Assembly (NCBI GenBank): GCA_000146045.2 | Contig: BK006949.2 | Location: 704,001-768,000 of the forward strand | Source of the DNA: TPA_inf: Saccharomyces | Lineage: Eukaryota | Reading direction: 5' to 3' | DNA: 64,000 nucleotides | In this document: positions 1 through 11,941 of the stretch, piece by piece | Numbering within the stretch: position 1 is the first letter of the stretch | Layout: each line of letters opens with the position of its first letter | Notes under the pieces: generated by a model | The model's input: only the letters and a program-made list of their open reading frames with translations | Database searches by the model: none | What the model was told of the DNA's origin: nothing | Translations under genes and position numbers: made by a program

Positions 1-224
1 CAAAATGTTCTTTAATGTATCACATTTATCGTTTTTCACTTTCATTGTCTAAAAGAAAAAAAGGGTTGCAACTACTATCGCAGGTTCATAAATTAGACCT
101 CATACGAACAGTTCATCAGAACTGATCAATATGCTTCGACCTTTTATATTCTGTCAAGGTTATTCATTACTTACTCACTGAATTGTTAAGACATCGTGCG
201 CCTAGCCTACATAGTTATTATGAA

Positions 225-656
225 TTATGAAACACGCTTATGATTATAATCGTATGGAGAGACCACCAGCCCTTTGTTCTTCCTGGCACCTCTGAATATA
301 GTTTCTAATATGTCAATCATTTCTTGTTTGTCGTCTACAATAAAGTTCAACTTGTTGTTGTTCCCTGTACCAAAATCACACATCATGTGCTTATTGTGGT
401 AGAAAAACATTACTGTCATGGGATCCGTCAGCTCGTACATCTCATCAAAATCTGAAACTTCATCTATATCACATAAATAAATAACTGCAAAGTTCCTTAC
501 TCTTTCAGCAATCGAAGATAACAACTCGTCCATGATCATACATTGTCTATCATTTTTGCGACCAAAACGAATGACAACAAGTCGTTTAGTCTCGGTAACA
601 ATAGCCTGATCCACATGCCATCCCGTACGCAATTGAGGCAACAAAACACTAGCCAT
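225..656 (-). CDS. DIB1: DIB1 (YPR082C), Dim1-family thioredoxin-like U4/U6.U5 tri-snRNP protein, 143 aa
   Basis: The ORF-track frame 225..737 opens on GTG. The first ATG (cat at 654-656 on the plus strand) gives 143 aa, MASVLLPQLRTGWHVDQAIVTE..., which I recognise as yeast Dib1. Confidence 0.9.
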   Translation of the reverse strand: MASVLLPQLRTGWHVDQAIVTETKRLVVIRFGRKNDRQCMIMDELLSSIAERVRNFAVIYLCDIDEVSDFDEMYELTDPMTVMFFYHNKHMMCDFGTGNNNKLNFIVDDKQEMIDILETIFRGARKNKGLVVSPYDYNHKRVS

Positions 657-853
657 CAAAACTTGACTTCTTACTCTTTCTCTACGTACTATTTCTATCC
701 GATGATCGAATTTGGTATGTAAGTTCTGTTTTTCCACTTTGCGAAGCGGTCATTGGCCCAAAAGAAATACAACGAGTCATCTCCTCGCAGTAAACTGTAC
801 AACAGCAAAGAAACAGTTAAAAACCCTCCAGAGAGAACACTTACTACTATAGC

Positions 854-2593
854 ATGGATGAAAACGGTACAGTAAAGCCTGGCTATGAATTAAAGGGACT
901 CAATTCGGGAAATTCGAGGTCAAATATGGATAAGGATCCCATCGTTAGCAAATTTCATAGGGCTGGTCTCAATGATTCTGCAGACGAGGAAGATACTGAT
1001 ATCAATGGTAATCGCAACACTAGCTGGATAACTTCAATGATTAGTGAAGAAAAACGCAAGGTGGAGGGAAAATCTATGCTGAATGATGAGGAAGATTTGC
1101 ATTTATCCAAAGCTACTTTGAACAAATGCGATGCTCTAGTTAAGATATTAGCGGATATTATCAAGCTAGAGTTTGTTATTCACCAATCATGGTATATCAG
1201 ATCCCTTCACAAGAGTGTCTTAATTCAATTTGAAGTAGAAACGTCTGGTGGAAATAAGAATAGCGCCGGTGATAGCGGCGACGATGATGATGATAATCAT
1301 AATGGTAATCTGGACGATAGCTTTTATAAAGATTTAAGCTTAAAATGCATCAAAAAATGCGAGAAGTCTTCCCTTGCACTTGAGTCGCTGTCAAGGGACA
1401 TTGACCAAATTAGAGATTTCATAATGTCCAATACAATAGAAGACAACAGGGTTGACAGGCTTTTGCAGAATTCGATGACCCTGTTATTAGAGTGTTGGAT
1501 CTACTCTATGAAGAGATTGCGCCGTCTAAGGATGAAGATTGCAGGTATCTTTGTTAGGTCCAAACTTTTGCTTATTGATCATGAATTAGTGACCATATGG
1601 CATTTTTTACAGGAGCAAAACGAGCACGAAACGGTTAATAATGAGAACGAACTGAAATTGGCAGAAACAATAAAATCATACAGAGCGTTCATTAAGATAT
1701 TTATTCAACAATTGGAGGACTCCGAATCGGGATCTCCATCCTCCTCTTTGTTTGAAGAATGTTTACACGTTTTTTTGGATATAGAATCGATGTACAACTC
1801 TTTAAACCTGAATTGGCTTTTGAACGAAAACAAAGCATTACAAGAAAGACTACTATCACCATCGTCGACATCGGAGAACGATCATACTAATAACCTTCCC
1901 GTTATTGATGAGACAAAGGAAATCGAAGATATCAGCTCATTTGTCAATAGCATTGTGGATGCATCCATGTTGACACATGATTTGACTCCTATTAACTCAT
2001 CAGATAGCGACAATTTATCAAACGGAGAAATCGATCGTCTAGATGGAAGAAGGTTATCCTCTTCCACGTCAGATATGTCATTGATGATGCAAAGGACTTC
2101 TCTGCAGAAACAACTTCCTAGCTTATTAACTGCCTTCAACAACGCAAGAAGACTAGAACAAGAATTGCAAAACGCATGCAAAGTAAACGATAACAAACAT
2201 AGCACGAAAGATACTGATTCAAATATACGACGGAATGAACATGCTATGTCTTCAAGTGTATCCTCCATCATCTCCCAAAACTCCACATTAGCATCACCGT
2301 CTCCTCCGATGTCATCGTCCTTTATATCCACGGCGCCATCACAATCAAGTTCTCGTATGAGTACATTACCACTGTCTCCTTCCTCTTCATTATTGGAATC
2401 ACAATCGCAAACGCTGAAGAACAATATGTCGCAATGGTTGAACCAATCGCGATCTGGCCTCAACGGCACAAAACTTATTCCAACAAACCACATTGGGTTT
2501 CACAGCAATGTTCTGAATACTTTGTATGGTATCGGTGGTGGTCCGGTATCGAAATCTTATAAATCCAATCAACCTTCTTCACAAAATACTTGA
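854..2593 (+). CDS. MDM36: MDM36 (YPR083W), mitochondrial distribution and morphology protein, 579 aa
   Basis: ATG at 854 opens an uninterrupted 579-codon ORF. Length and sequence (MDENGTVKPGYELKGLNSG...) match Mdm36. Ser/Asn-rich C-terminus. Confidence 0.85.
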   Translation: MDENGTVKPGYELKGLNSGNSRSNMDKDPIVSKFHRAGLNDSADEEDTDINGNRNTSWITSMISEEKRKVEGKSMLNDEEDLHLSKATLNKCDALVKILADIIKLEFVIHQSWYIRSLHKSVLIQFEVETSGGNKNSAGDSGDDDDDNHNGNLDDSFYKDLSLKCIKKCEKSSLALESLSRDIDQIRDFIMSNTIEDNRVDRLLQNSMTLLLECWIYSMKRLRRLRMKIAGIFVRSKLLLIDHELVTIWHFLQEQNEHETVNNENELKLAETIKSYRAFIKIFIQQLEDSESGSPSSSLFEECLHVFLDIESMYNSLNLNWLLNENKALQERLLSPSSTSENDHTNNLPVIDETKEIEDISSFVNSIVDASMLTHDLTPINSSDSDNLSNGEIDRLDGRRLSSSTSDMSLMMQRTSLQKQLPSLLTAFNNARRLEQELQNACKVNDNKHSTKDTDSNIRRNEHAMSSSVSSIISQNSTLASPSPPMSSSFISTAPSQSSSRMSTLPLSPSSSLLESQSQTLKNNMSQWLNQSRSGLNGTKLIPTNHIGFHSNVLNTLYGIGGGPVSKSYKSNQPSSQNT

Positions 2594-2971
2594 TAAGAAT
2601 AAGGATATCATTGCTATGTAAACAAACTAAATGCGAGGGTTGAGTACATAAATACAAAGCAAGACTTTTATCATACATAACACATATAACAACCAATGCA
2701 TGCATCCTCTCGACAATAGTTTTGTGCGTATGTCTTTGCGAAGTCCAAATACTACTCACATCCATCTTTTATTTTTTAATCCCATCGCAGCGAGTTTAAG
2801 CCTGAAAAATAGTGAACCAGTTGAAAAACACTAATAACATCGATGCAAAACTAACTATCAATAAACTGTTGTGTTTTTAGAACTCTGTACGTTGTTTCCT
2901 ATCCCAAGAGTTCAATAAGACGCAGCCAAGCTTTTATTCTCTTGACTCGTCCATCATAGAGCTTTATAGAA

Positions 2972-4342
2972 ATGTCAGAGAAGGCTTCTGAAGAGAGACC
3001 CATACGGCTGGCCGTTCTGGGGGGCACTTCTACCGGAAAGACCTCCCTGGTATCTAGGCTTACTGTTAATATCGTCCACGAGGTTCATTATCCAACAAGA
3101 AACCAAACTAACTGGCTTTTCGGCTTTGTTCCGTCATCGATCCTGGCCAGAGCTATATTAGACGAACAAGCTCACGAAAGACTTTGCCTTCGTTCCCCAA
3201 GCAGCCAAACCTTAGAGCCTATCTTCCCTTCACCTCAGGTCTCCAAAAATGTACTGCTGTCGCCATTGGTGTTTCAAGCTTCCACTGATAATTTTCAATC
3301 AGTGAGGTTACACAACAAAAGCCACTCCAGGAGATCCCTATCTTTGGATAAATCTGATTCTCCGCTGTATCAAACTTTTTCCAATGACATTAACTCTCAA
3401 AGTGTTCCTAAAATCAAGGCAGACCAGCTTAACGTTATCGAGCATTTTAAATTGCCCCTGAATTACATTCCACCCACTTATGCACCAATCCAGATTGATA
3501 TTATTGATACGCCTGGCTTCAGTCCTGATAATGTGGTGCCGTTCTTAGAAGTTTCTCTCTTCCGAAATTTAGGAAAATCAATCCTACATGGACTAGCAGA
3601 TGAACCAAGACGACCTGTATCTACTACTTCACTATTGGTTGCCTCTGGTGCCTCTGAGTTGAATGGTAAAGTTGACGGTTATATCTTGGTGTATAGCGCA
3701 GTCCCTGAATTAAACCATATTGGAGGCCCTCCGGAATATGGAGATGATGTGATGAACACAGATACGGAAAACGTCAGCGATGGTGGATTTGAACTTTTAA
3801 AAGTGATTAGAAACTGCATACTAGATGCTTGGACTGAATTTCGAAATTATGAAAAAAGATGGGAGGAAGGCAAAGAGGATGATATTTACTCATTGGTTTA
3901 CAGCCTGAGACATCTATGGAGTAAAAATAGCAAAGAGAAAAGCGCCAAAATAGAGCAATTGAGATCCTATAATACCAAACTAAAATCCATCGAGTTAGAC
4001 CCCTCATCTCCCGATTCACCACCACCATGCATTATCGTCTGTTCTCACGTTAATCATGAACTCGCAAGCCCAATGTTGATTGAAATGGGAAGACAACTAG
4101 CAACAAAATGGAAATATGGATTTGTTGGAATAGACAGCATGGATGATTTAAATGTCGATGTGGCGGTTAGCTTACTAATAAAGGAAATATCAGAAAAGAT
4201 GAAGCTACTGGTTTCTAATTCCAATGGAAGTAGTAGTAGTGGTAATTCAAGTTCAATTTACAACTCTCATTTAATGAATGACAAGAAGAAAAACAACAAT
4301 GCCGGCTTAAACAAAAATATGTTGAAGAAAATTATAAAATAA
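2972..4342 (+). CDS. YPR084W, uncharacterised protein, 456 aa
   Basis: ATG at 2972 opens a 456-codon ORF at the position expected for YPR084W between MDM36 and ASA1. It has an N-terminal GxxxxGKT-like motif (LGGTSTGKTS). Confidence 0.75.
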   Translation: MSEKASEERPIRLAVLGGTSTGKTSLVSRLTVNIVHEVHYPTRNQTNWLFGFVPSSILARAILDEQAHERLCLRSPSSQTLEPIFPSPQVSKNVLLSPLVFQASTDNFQSVRLHNKSHSRRSLSLDKSDSPLYQTFSNDINSQSVPKIKADQLNVIEHFKLPLNYIPPTYAPIQIDIIDTPGFSPDNVVPFLEVSLFRNLGKSILHGLADEPRRPVSTTSLLVASGASELNGKVDGYILVYSAVPELNHIGGPPEYGDDVMNTDTENVSDGGFELLKVIRNCILDAWTEFRNYEKRWEEGKEDDIYSLVYSLRHLWSKNSKEKSAKIEQLRSYNTKLKSIELDPSSPDSPPPCIIVCSHVNHELASPMLIEMGRQLATKWKYGFVGIDSMDDLNVDVAVSLLIKEISEKMKLLVSNSNGSSSSGNSSSIYNSHLMNDKKKNNNAGLNKNMLKKIIK

Positions 4343-4496
4343 TTGATAGAGGGAAGAACTCCCTTTAACATTCTTATGACCATGATACATCGCACTTTTT
4401 TTTACTTGGATTGAGGAAATATGTATATATAGGCACGTATGTATATATACAAATGTTCTTTCTGAAACCATGTAAACAGAAAAGGAAAAAAAATAA

Positions 4497-5843
4497 TTAT
4501 ATTTTATTGAGCTTTATGGTACCATCTTCATATCCAATTAAACACCAGTTACATTTCGCCAGCGCTTTAATACGTCTAAGTTGTCCTAACCTCAACCCAT
4601 CTGACTGCACATCAAACGATTCCAAACATGTCATGGCTCCCACTTTATAGTTATGGGATTTCGAGCTGGATTCGGTATTTGAGCCGCTACCGTTTGTTAG
4701 GTCTCCCATAGAGCTATCACTCACGACCAGGTTGTTCTTTGATTTCACAAAAGTTTGCTCCACTTCTGAAGTCCGCATATTATAAACAATGGTCATACCT
4801 GACCAACTACTCACGACTAAGTAATCGTCTTTTACTTTATCAATATGACCAATATTCTTCAAGGGAAGATGTACTTTTGATGGCTCACTGACTCTCAGTG
4901 AGCTTGGGCATTTTATCAAAAGCGCATCATCTCTAAGGTATTTCGTCTCAAGTTGTAAGTTCACTGGAATTTTGTACTTGGTTATGAAATCGTCTGTTGA
5001 ACAACTATAAAGTTCATCCCCGCTAACACACATATCAAGTATTGGATTCGGATAATGATCGTTAGAAACATGGACCAGTTCTGCAATGTCCCTTTGAAGG
5101 CCTTCATCAAAAGTAATTTTAAATCCGACTACAAACCCATTTTCATAACCTAAAAATATGACATCGTTTAATTTAGCAAATCTCATTATGATACCGAATT
5201 TGGAGTCTTTCGAAATTCCTAAAAAATTCTGCTGCTTCAAGAATCTGGGGAAATTAATATTATTGAATGGTCTTTTCAATTTAAATGTGGAGTCTTCTAT
5301 TATCTGATATATATCGATAGTTTCCGAATCATCAGTATGACAGCAAACCAATCTATAACTTTTATTATCTTTGGTTGGTTTCACTTCAGCTTCGATGATG
5401 AAATTCGCAAAATTCAGTGTGTTTATGGGCATTTCATAGATTTTAGTCCATTGTAAATGATCCGTTTTATTGGCTTGGCTAAGCTTTCTAACTAAATCTA
5501 TAGATAGTTGTGTAGATGAATCAAGCTCAAAAATTCGCAGCATGGAGTCTTTCGAAAGAATGTACAGCACATTGGTAGTTTCCACCCACCAAAACGCTAT
5601 AATGTGCGAGTTGCCCTCGATTTCTATATGTGTAATCGGTCTCTTGGTCACCAGGTCCCACATAACGAAATAACCGTAGTTATCACCGGATAACAAGACT
5701 GGCACATTCGAAACTGACGGTGCTTTGATGACCTGCAAAGCTGTGATGCCCCTTTTATGGTAACGTAAGGTGAAATCGGATAAAGTCAACGTTCTCTTCA
5801 GGATTATCTCATTACTAAAGCCTCTCATGTGTTCTACGCCCAT
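4497..5843 (-). CDS. ASA1: ASA1 (YPR085C), WD-repeat subunit of the ASTRA (Tel2/Tti) complex
   Basis: Long minus-strand ORF. The track's start at 5870 is GTG. In-frame ATGs lie at 5843 (448 aa) and 5828 (443 aa). My recollection of a 443-aa Asa1 favours 5828. WD-repeat-like sequence. Confidence 0.8.
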   Translation of the reverse strand: MGVEHMRGFSNEIILKRTLTLSDFTLRYHKRGITALQVIKAPSVSNVPVLLSGDNYGYFVMWDLVTKRPITHIEIEGNSHIIAFWWVETTNVLYILSKDSMLRIFELDSSTQLSIDLVRKLSQANKTDHLQWTKIYEMPINTLNFANFIIEAEVKPTKDNKSYRLVCCHTDDSETIDIYQIIEDSTFKLKRPFNNINFPRFLKQQNFLGISKDSKFGIIMRFAKLNDVIFLGYENGFVVGFKITFDEGLQRDIAELVHVSNDHYPNPILDMCVSGDELYSCSTDDFITKYKIPVNLQLETKYLRDDALLIKCPSSLRVSEPSKVHLPLKNIGHIDKVKDDYLVVSSWSGMTIVYNMRTSEVEQTFVKSKNNLVVSDSSMGDLTNGSGSNTESSSKSHNYKVGAMTCLESFDVQSDGLRLGQLRRIKALAKCNWCLIGYEDGTIKLNKI

Positions 5844-6100
5844 TGTAATCGACGCTCGCCTTGACTGCACATCACACCCAATTTATGCACGTGCTTAAAT
5901 AGTAGTTTATAGCTTAGTATCTCTGTATTTCTGTCTTACTCATCACCGTTTCGTCTCAATATTTGCTTAAAAATCGAAAAATTTTGTTATAAATTTAGTT
6001 AAAAAAAAGTGAAGAGAATAATCATCACTTATAAAGACAACTTAATAGACGCTGGTGTGGACGATCCAGTGATAGAGAAGGGGAGAAGTAGATACGCAGA

Positions 6101-7138
6101 ATGATGACTAGGGAGAGCATAGATAAAAGAGCAGGAAGAAGGGGTCCTAATCTGAATATTGTGCTGACGTGTCCGGAGTGCAAAGTCTACCCACCAAAAA
6201 TCGTTGAAAGATTTAGTGAAGGGGATGTTGTATGTGCTCTATGTGGTCTAGTACTATCAGATAAACTGGTTGACACCAGGTCGGAGTGGAGAACGTTTTC
6301 AAATGATGATCACAACGGTGATGACCCAAGTCGTGTTGGTGAGGCTTCAAATCCTCTTTTAGATGGGAATAACCTATCTACAAGGATCGGAAAGGGTGAA
6401 ACCACGGATATGAGATTCACCAAAGAACTGAATAAGGCACAAGGAAAAAATGTGATGGATAAAAAGGATAATGAAGTACAAGCTGCATTTGCTAAGATTA
6501 CCATGCTATGTGATGCTGCTGAATTACCGAAGATTGTGAAAGATTGTGCCAAGGAAGCATATAAACTTTGCCACGATGAAAAAACTTTGAAGGGGAAATC
6601 AATGGAGAGTATAATGGCTGCATCCATACTGATTGGTTGCAGACGTGCTGAAGTGGCAAGGACTTTTAAAGAAATCCAGTCATTAATCCATGTCAAAACT
6701 AAAGAGTTTGGTAAAACTTTAAACATAATGAAGAACATTTTAAGAGGCAAGAGCGAAGATGGTTTCTTGAAGATTGATACCGATAATATGAGTGGTGCAC
6801 AAAACCTAACTTATATACCCAGGTTTTGTTCGCATCTGGGCTTACCGATGCAAGTCACTACTTCTGCTGAATATACCGCAAAGAAATGTAAAGAGATCAA
6901 AGAAATTGCAGGTAAATCCCCTATTACTATCGCTGTTGTTTCCATCTATCTAAACATCCTGCTCTTTCAGATCCCTATTACCGCAGCGAAAGTGGGCCAA
7001 ACCTTGCAAGTTACTGAAGGTACCATCAAATCTGGTTACAAGATACTTTATGAGCATAGAGACAAGCTTGTGGATCCGCAGCTTATTGCTAATGGTGTAG
7101 TGTCTTTGGATAACTTACCGGGCGTTGAAAAGAAATAA
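6101..7138 (+). CDS. SUA7: SUA7 (YPR086W), general transcription factor TFIIB, 345 aa
   Basis: ATG at 6101 opens a 345-aa ORF. It has an N-terminal zinc ribbon (CPECKV...CALCGLV) and cyclin-fold repeats. The sequence is recognisably yeast TFIIB. Confidence 0.95.
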
Positions 7139-7402
7139 TGAAGTGATAAAACAGTAAATTATAGGAACAAGAAGCACGGGTACTCGTGTTAGAGGGTAGA
7201 ACCTTTTCCATGGCAGTTCAATCGAATATTTATTTTGTTATTTTACAATTCAAAAAAATAGAATGAACACTTTATAATTTAACAAGATTTTTCTTTTTTT
7301 TTTTATTGAAGGAGGTATTCGAAAGGATGAAAGCTAAACAAGTTATTTGAAATATGCATACATACATATATATATATACTGTGTATATTCAAATGGTGGC
7401 CT

Positions 7403-9028
7403 TTAGCCCATACCGAATTGTTTTGCCATTTGTTGCATTTGTGGATCTTGCATCATTTTCATCATTTCGTTCATATCAGGCATTCCTCCGCCCATTCCTC
7501 CGCCCATTCCGCCACCAAACATGTTCATCATATTTTGCATTAGACCTGGATTTTGCTTCAGCTTTTGTTGTGCCTGCTGCATCATTTGTGGAGTCACTTT
7601 TGGCATACCAGGCATATTCGGCATACCAGGCATGTTTGGCATACCCGGCATGTTTGGCATGCCAGGCATCCTAGCATTGGCACCAGGGGCTCCTGGTTGT
7701 TGCTGGGTTGCGGTTTGTGCCATTCTTGCCATCATCTGCTGTTGCATCAATATCATTTCTACCTCGAACACAGAAGTACCTGAACCTTTAGCTACACGAA
7801 CCATTCTTGTAGGCTCTTCAATGAACATTCTACCATCAGATTCTAGTTCTTCTTTAGTCATAGAATCCAAAACGTAAACCATTTTCTTCATCTTTTGAGA
7901 GGTTTCCTCCTCCCCTACTTGATTCATCATATTACTCATACCAGGAATCATCTGCGCTATATTTGATAATGGACCCATTTTCATTATTGTTTGCATCTGT
8001 TTCTTGAAATCTAGCAAGGTGAACTTACCCTTTTGGATGTTTTCCATTGTGGCTTTTGCATCTTCCTTGTTGGAAACGGTTTGTAATTGCTCAAAGAGAC
8101 TCTCTATATCACCAATACCCAACAGTTTAGATATGAATGACTTAGGCGAGAACTTTTCCAAATCATGAATGTGCTCACCTGTACCAATAAAGATAATCGG
8201 AGTGTTTGTGGCTGCAACGGCCGAAATTGCCCCACCCCCTCTAGCGTGGCCGTCCATCTTGGTTAATATAATGGCACCAAAATCGGACGATTCTTTGAAA
8301 GCCTTGGATTGTTGCTCTGCAGCTTGACCAATGGAAGCATCTAAAACCATGATAGTTTGATTAGGCTTGATGACATTGGATATTTCAATCATTTCTTGGA
8401 ACAACTCTTCTTCTTGATGATGCCTACCTGAAGTATCAACGATGATGATATCAAACTTCTCTTTCTTAAACTTGTTAATACCTTCTTCTGCAACTTTGGC
8501 AGGGTCAGTCTCCGTATATGACCCATAAAATGGAATTCTTGCTCTTATAGCGTTTTGTTTCAATTGGTCAAATGCACCAGCACGGAAAGTATCCGCACAT
8601 ACCAAACCCACTTTGAAACCTCTCTTCGAGTAGTAAACTGCTAACTTGGTACAGGAAGTAGTTTTACCTGAACCTTGCAGCCCAACAAACATGATGATGT
8701 TTGTCTTTCTCTTCTTGGGCACAAAGGCCTTCTCTTCACTACCTTCGCAGGTGACCAACTTACACAGTTCATCAAACACCGTTTTCTGAATAAGCTTCTT
8801 AGTTTGTGCGTTTGTTGTGGACTTCTCACTACGGTTCTCACTCAGCAGCTGTGACCTTATATTATTTCGTAACTTAGAAACCAGGGCAATATTCACATCC
8901 GATTCTAACAACGCAGTCACGATGCCCTTTAACATTACATCTACGGATGTAGTAAAGTCATCCTGTGTATTGGAAATCGCGTTATTCACAGCAGAATTAA
9001 TCCGCTTCCCCAAATCAGCCAAAACCAT
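7403..9028 (-). CDS. SRP54: SRP54 (YPR088C), signal recognition particle 54-kDa GTPase, 541 aa
   Basis: ATG (cat at 9026-9028) opens a 541-aa ORF. It has GTPase motifs ([18 protein letters not shown]) and a Met-rich M domain with a C-terminal (PGMPNM)n repeat. Confidence 0.95.
7602..7673. repeat. 4 x 18-bp tandem repeat (ggcataccaggcatgttt) inside SRP54, encoding the (MPGMPN)n tail
   Basis: Near-identical 18-mers lie directly in tandem at 7602, 7620, 7638 and 7656. Confidence 0.8.
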
Positions 9029-9274
9029 CCTTTAGTTAGACTCGATGCTGTGTTTTCTTTCCCTTCTCTTCTGCATCCTTGCTGTTCAACCACTTTTCAT
9101 TATCTTGTTTTACCACTATTTTTTTTCACTTTGTTGATGTCTTTATCGTTAGCGGTGATTTTTCGATATTGAGATGAACGAAAAGACCATCATACTATAA
9201 CAATATGGGTAGTGACTGAAGTATAGGAGAGCCGCAATTGCCGGTCTACAGAACTCACAAGGCATTCGTGAACA

Positions 9275-11941
9275 ATGAACAGTGTTTGGGATGATGCTAG
9301 AATAGAGGACAGAACGGTGGACAAACCAGTAGGCTCCTCTCACGCTCAGGAGAAACTCGCGCTGGTAAAATCAACTTTGTTTAAACTTGACCAAGAAGAT
9401 AGACCAGAATGCGATTCCTGGGTACAACTAGTCAAATTGATCTGCGACGAAGACCGTGAAGAAGAATTTACTACATTCAAGGAGTTATTAAGGGAAGTCA
9501 AAAACGTTAATGATAAATCCGTCACAGGCGTTGCCTTGATTCATTATATCATTGTATTTGATCGTGCAGACTACATTGAGTTACTACATGATAATCCTTC
9601 TGGTGCAAAATTAGATTTGAATCTTGTCGACGACATTGTAGGTTACACACCTTTGATGTGGAGTTTCAGTCTGCAGAGAAGGAACTGTTGCTTGGAGCTG
9701 TTCAACGCATTCGACGAGATAAACTTCAACATGACGAATAAGGCTGGATTAACCGCTTGGGATATGGTTCCTCCATATTCACCACTTTCGGAATTTTTGG
9801 AACAAAACAATATGTTTCGATACCGTACCGAAGTAAAACATGAAATACCTCAAATTTCCCAACCGAAAGACACCTCTCTTCTAATGAGTAATGAAGACTC
9901 TACCACGAAAGAAACTTTTGATAATATTGACTTACAAGTCGCCGGTTTGACCCTGTCCCCTGGTGCAAATGACAACATGTTTCTGGATTCTGATGAAAAG
10001 AACATGAATCATTCTCAGGGAGCTGCAACCCTAATAGATCCCACATATACAGAAGACTACCACGGTACATTTGATTATGATAAACTATCTCCGGACCAAT
10101 ACTTGGAATTTTCCGACTTTGATATACCACAAATCCTGAATCTATTGATATCGCTACCACAAAAGGAACCTCACATGACCACCTATCCAGCTGGTTTAAT
10201 ATACCAATGTATTAGATATGCTGATCATAAGATAAAGTCCAAGCCACTAGTAGAATCGTTAATTAACTTATCTCTAACAAAAATTCTGACCAGTGTTTCA
10301 TCCAACGGAGCTGCAGGATTGGTCTCCACAGAAGCTTCTTTGCAAGCAGGTGACATTGTATTGCAATCGTATTGGTTAAGTTGTTTATCTTTTCTCTATT
10401 ACTACCTCTGTAGAGATGATTCATTTTTCAAGAGGCATCCAAGCGTGTTACAAGAGCTGATTAACACCATCCACTCTATTATCATAGAACTGACATCTTC
10501 CATTCATTGCAGGTTGATTTCTTTGATAGATTCAACTTTACTAGCATACACAACAATCCAGGACGTTAAACAAACTTTATACAAAAGAGACTGGAACTTT
10601 TTTAAAAAGAGAAAGCAGGCCAAGCTTTTATTGAAGGAAAAGAACAGAAAACAATTAAAGGAACAACAAAAGAAAGAACTTCATCGAAAAAGCCAGGGTC
10701 AAGAAAATCATGAAGAAGAGGAGGGTCAACAAGATGGGAATGATTCAGATGATAGGGCATCAACAAATGATGATAACAATTCTAGTGTTTCACTCTTTTA
10801 TGATAAAGAAATTTTGAGACATTTATATCCTCCATCATTCGAAGAGCAGATGAAACCCTCTCCACTAAAGATTGTTCAAATATTTGGTGCCTTGTCTTAC
10901 GTTCTTAATTTACATCAAACGCATCCGATTTTCCAACAACAGTGTCTCTCTATTTCAGTTAACTGGTTTGCCACGACCTTATTCAATAAGATCTTAAAGG
11001 ACAAAAAGAAAAGATCTTTATCAAGAGCCCATGCTATTCAAATCAGGTTAAATCTTTCAACTCTAGAATCATGGATACAGAACAACGATTTCTGTGTTCC
11101 TAAACCGATGCTTATTGATGACTTCATGTGGCAGCGCTTTCCAATGACTTTAATTCGCGACGTTGGCGAGATAGATTTATCGGATCCGATACTAAGAAAT
11201 GTAGCAACTTACAAACCTATAGATGAAAATAACAAGGACTTGATATATGATACGTCAAACTCATTATTTTACTACCAACCTTTCCATAAGATCGCCCAAA
11301 TTCATCTTGAGCCAGTTTTCCAACTATTACAATGGTTGCAAGTAGCTACAACACTAGATAGTGAAGAATCATTAATATCAACAATGAATTTATTACCAAG
11401 AATTACACCAGTACAGCTCCTAAAGTCTATGGAAAAATACAATTACGAATTGAATGAAAATAAATTCAACTCCAAACTGAAGAAATTTTTAAACAACAAA
11501 ATCAAAGATAGTAAGATGAGCAAGGCAGACGCGTATTTACAAGAACATGAAATACCGTATCTAGTTTTACCAACTATACCCGAAATGACAGACTTGTATT
11601 CAAAGGGTCCTGATTCACATTCTTTCCAACCGTTTTTACCAGGCAGTATCCAAGACGATGTTTATGAAATTCACGATGTCAACTTCAAACAAAGACAAAA
11701 TGAACCACAGATATCTCGGACTAACTCGGGTACCTCAGATTTTACTGGAGATGAGGATAAGGCGCAATATGAAACTGAAGGGGTAGGGGAAAGTATAGAT
11801 ATTAACGAAACAGTCGAACCCGAGAGCAACGCGTTCAATGTAGGTAATGATGATTATTTTAAAGAATTAAATATTCCGTCTTCAACTGCTCAACGTCCTG
11901 CTTGGTCGAATAATGATGATATGGAACAAAATCCGTGGTAA
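9275..11941 (+). CDS. YPR089W (merged YPR089W/YPR090W), uncharacterised protein, 888 aa
   Basis: ATG at 9275 opens an uninterrupted 888-codon ORF. Its position and length fit YPR089W. Confidence 0.8.
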   Translation: MNSVWDDARIEDRTVDKPVGSSHAQEKLALVKSTLFKLDQEDRPECDSWVQLVKLICDEDREEEFTTFKELLREVKNVNDKSVTGVALIHYIIVFDRADYIELLHDNPSGAKLDLNLVDDIVGYTPLMWSFSLQRRNCCLELFNAFDEINFNMTNKAGLTAWDMVPPYSPLSEFLEQNNMFRYRTEVKHEIPQISQPKDTSLLMSNEDSTTKETFDNIDLQVAGLTLSPGANDNMFLDSDEKNMNHSQGAATLIDPTYTEDYHGTFDYDKLSPDQYLEFSDFDIPQILNLLISLPQKEPHMTTYPAGLIYQCIRYADHKIKSKPLVESLINLSLTKILTSVSSNGAAGLVSTEASLQAGDIVLQSYWLSCLSFLYYYLCRDDSFFKRHPSVLQELINTIHSIIIELTSSIHCRLISLIDSTLLAYTTIQDVKQTLYKRDWNFFKKRKQAKLLLKEKNRKQLKEQQKKELHRKSQGQENHEEEEGQQDGNDSDDRASTNDDNNSSVSLFYDKEILRHLYPPSFEEQMKPSPLKIVQIFGALSYVLNLHQTHPIFQQQCLSISVNWFATTLFNKILKDKKKRSLSRAHAIQIRLNLSTLESWIQNNDFCVPKPMLIDDFMWQRFPMTLIRDVGEIDLSDPILRNVATYKPIDENNKDLIYDTSNSLFYYQPFHKIAQIHLEPVFQLLQWLQVATTLDSEESLISTMNLLPRITPVQLLKSMEKYNYELNENKFNSKLKKFLNNKIKDSKMSKADAYLQEHEIPYLVLPTIPEMTDLYSKGPDSHSFQPFLPGSIQDDVYEIHDVNFKQRQNEPQISRTNSGTSDFTGDEDKAQYETEGVGESIDINETVEPESNAFNVGNDDYFKELNIPSSTAQRPAWSNNDDMEQNPW

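Noticed and set aside
1882-2765. Antisense ORFs of 203 and 96 aa inside or after MDM36, and similar 60-130-aa antisense ORFs inside SYT1, YPR097W, FHL1, COG4, MRD1, RGC1 and YPR117W
   Set aside because: They are embedded antisense in long conserved genes, have low-complexity composition, and several 'start' at non-ATG codons. These are typical spurious ORFs.
5890-5985. CACGTG E-box and an RRPE-like cgaaaaattttg in the ASA1/SUA7 divergent promoter
   Set aside because: These are single short motifs without a partner PAC element. Neither gene is in the ribosome-biogenesis or PHO regulon, so chance occurrence is likely.
7354-7877. Plus-strand ORFs (106, 118 and 76 aa) overlapping SRP54
   Set aside because: They lie antisense to a highly conserved gene. 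Their reading frames are generated by the (ggcataccaggcatgttt)n repeat and have Cys/His-rich nonsense composition. They correspond to the dubious ORF YPR087W.
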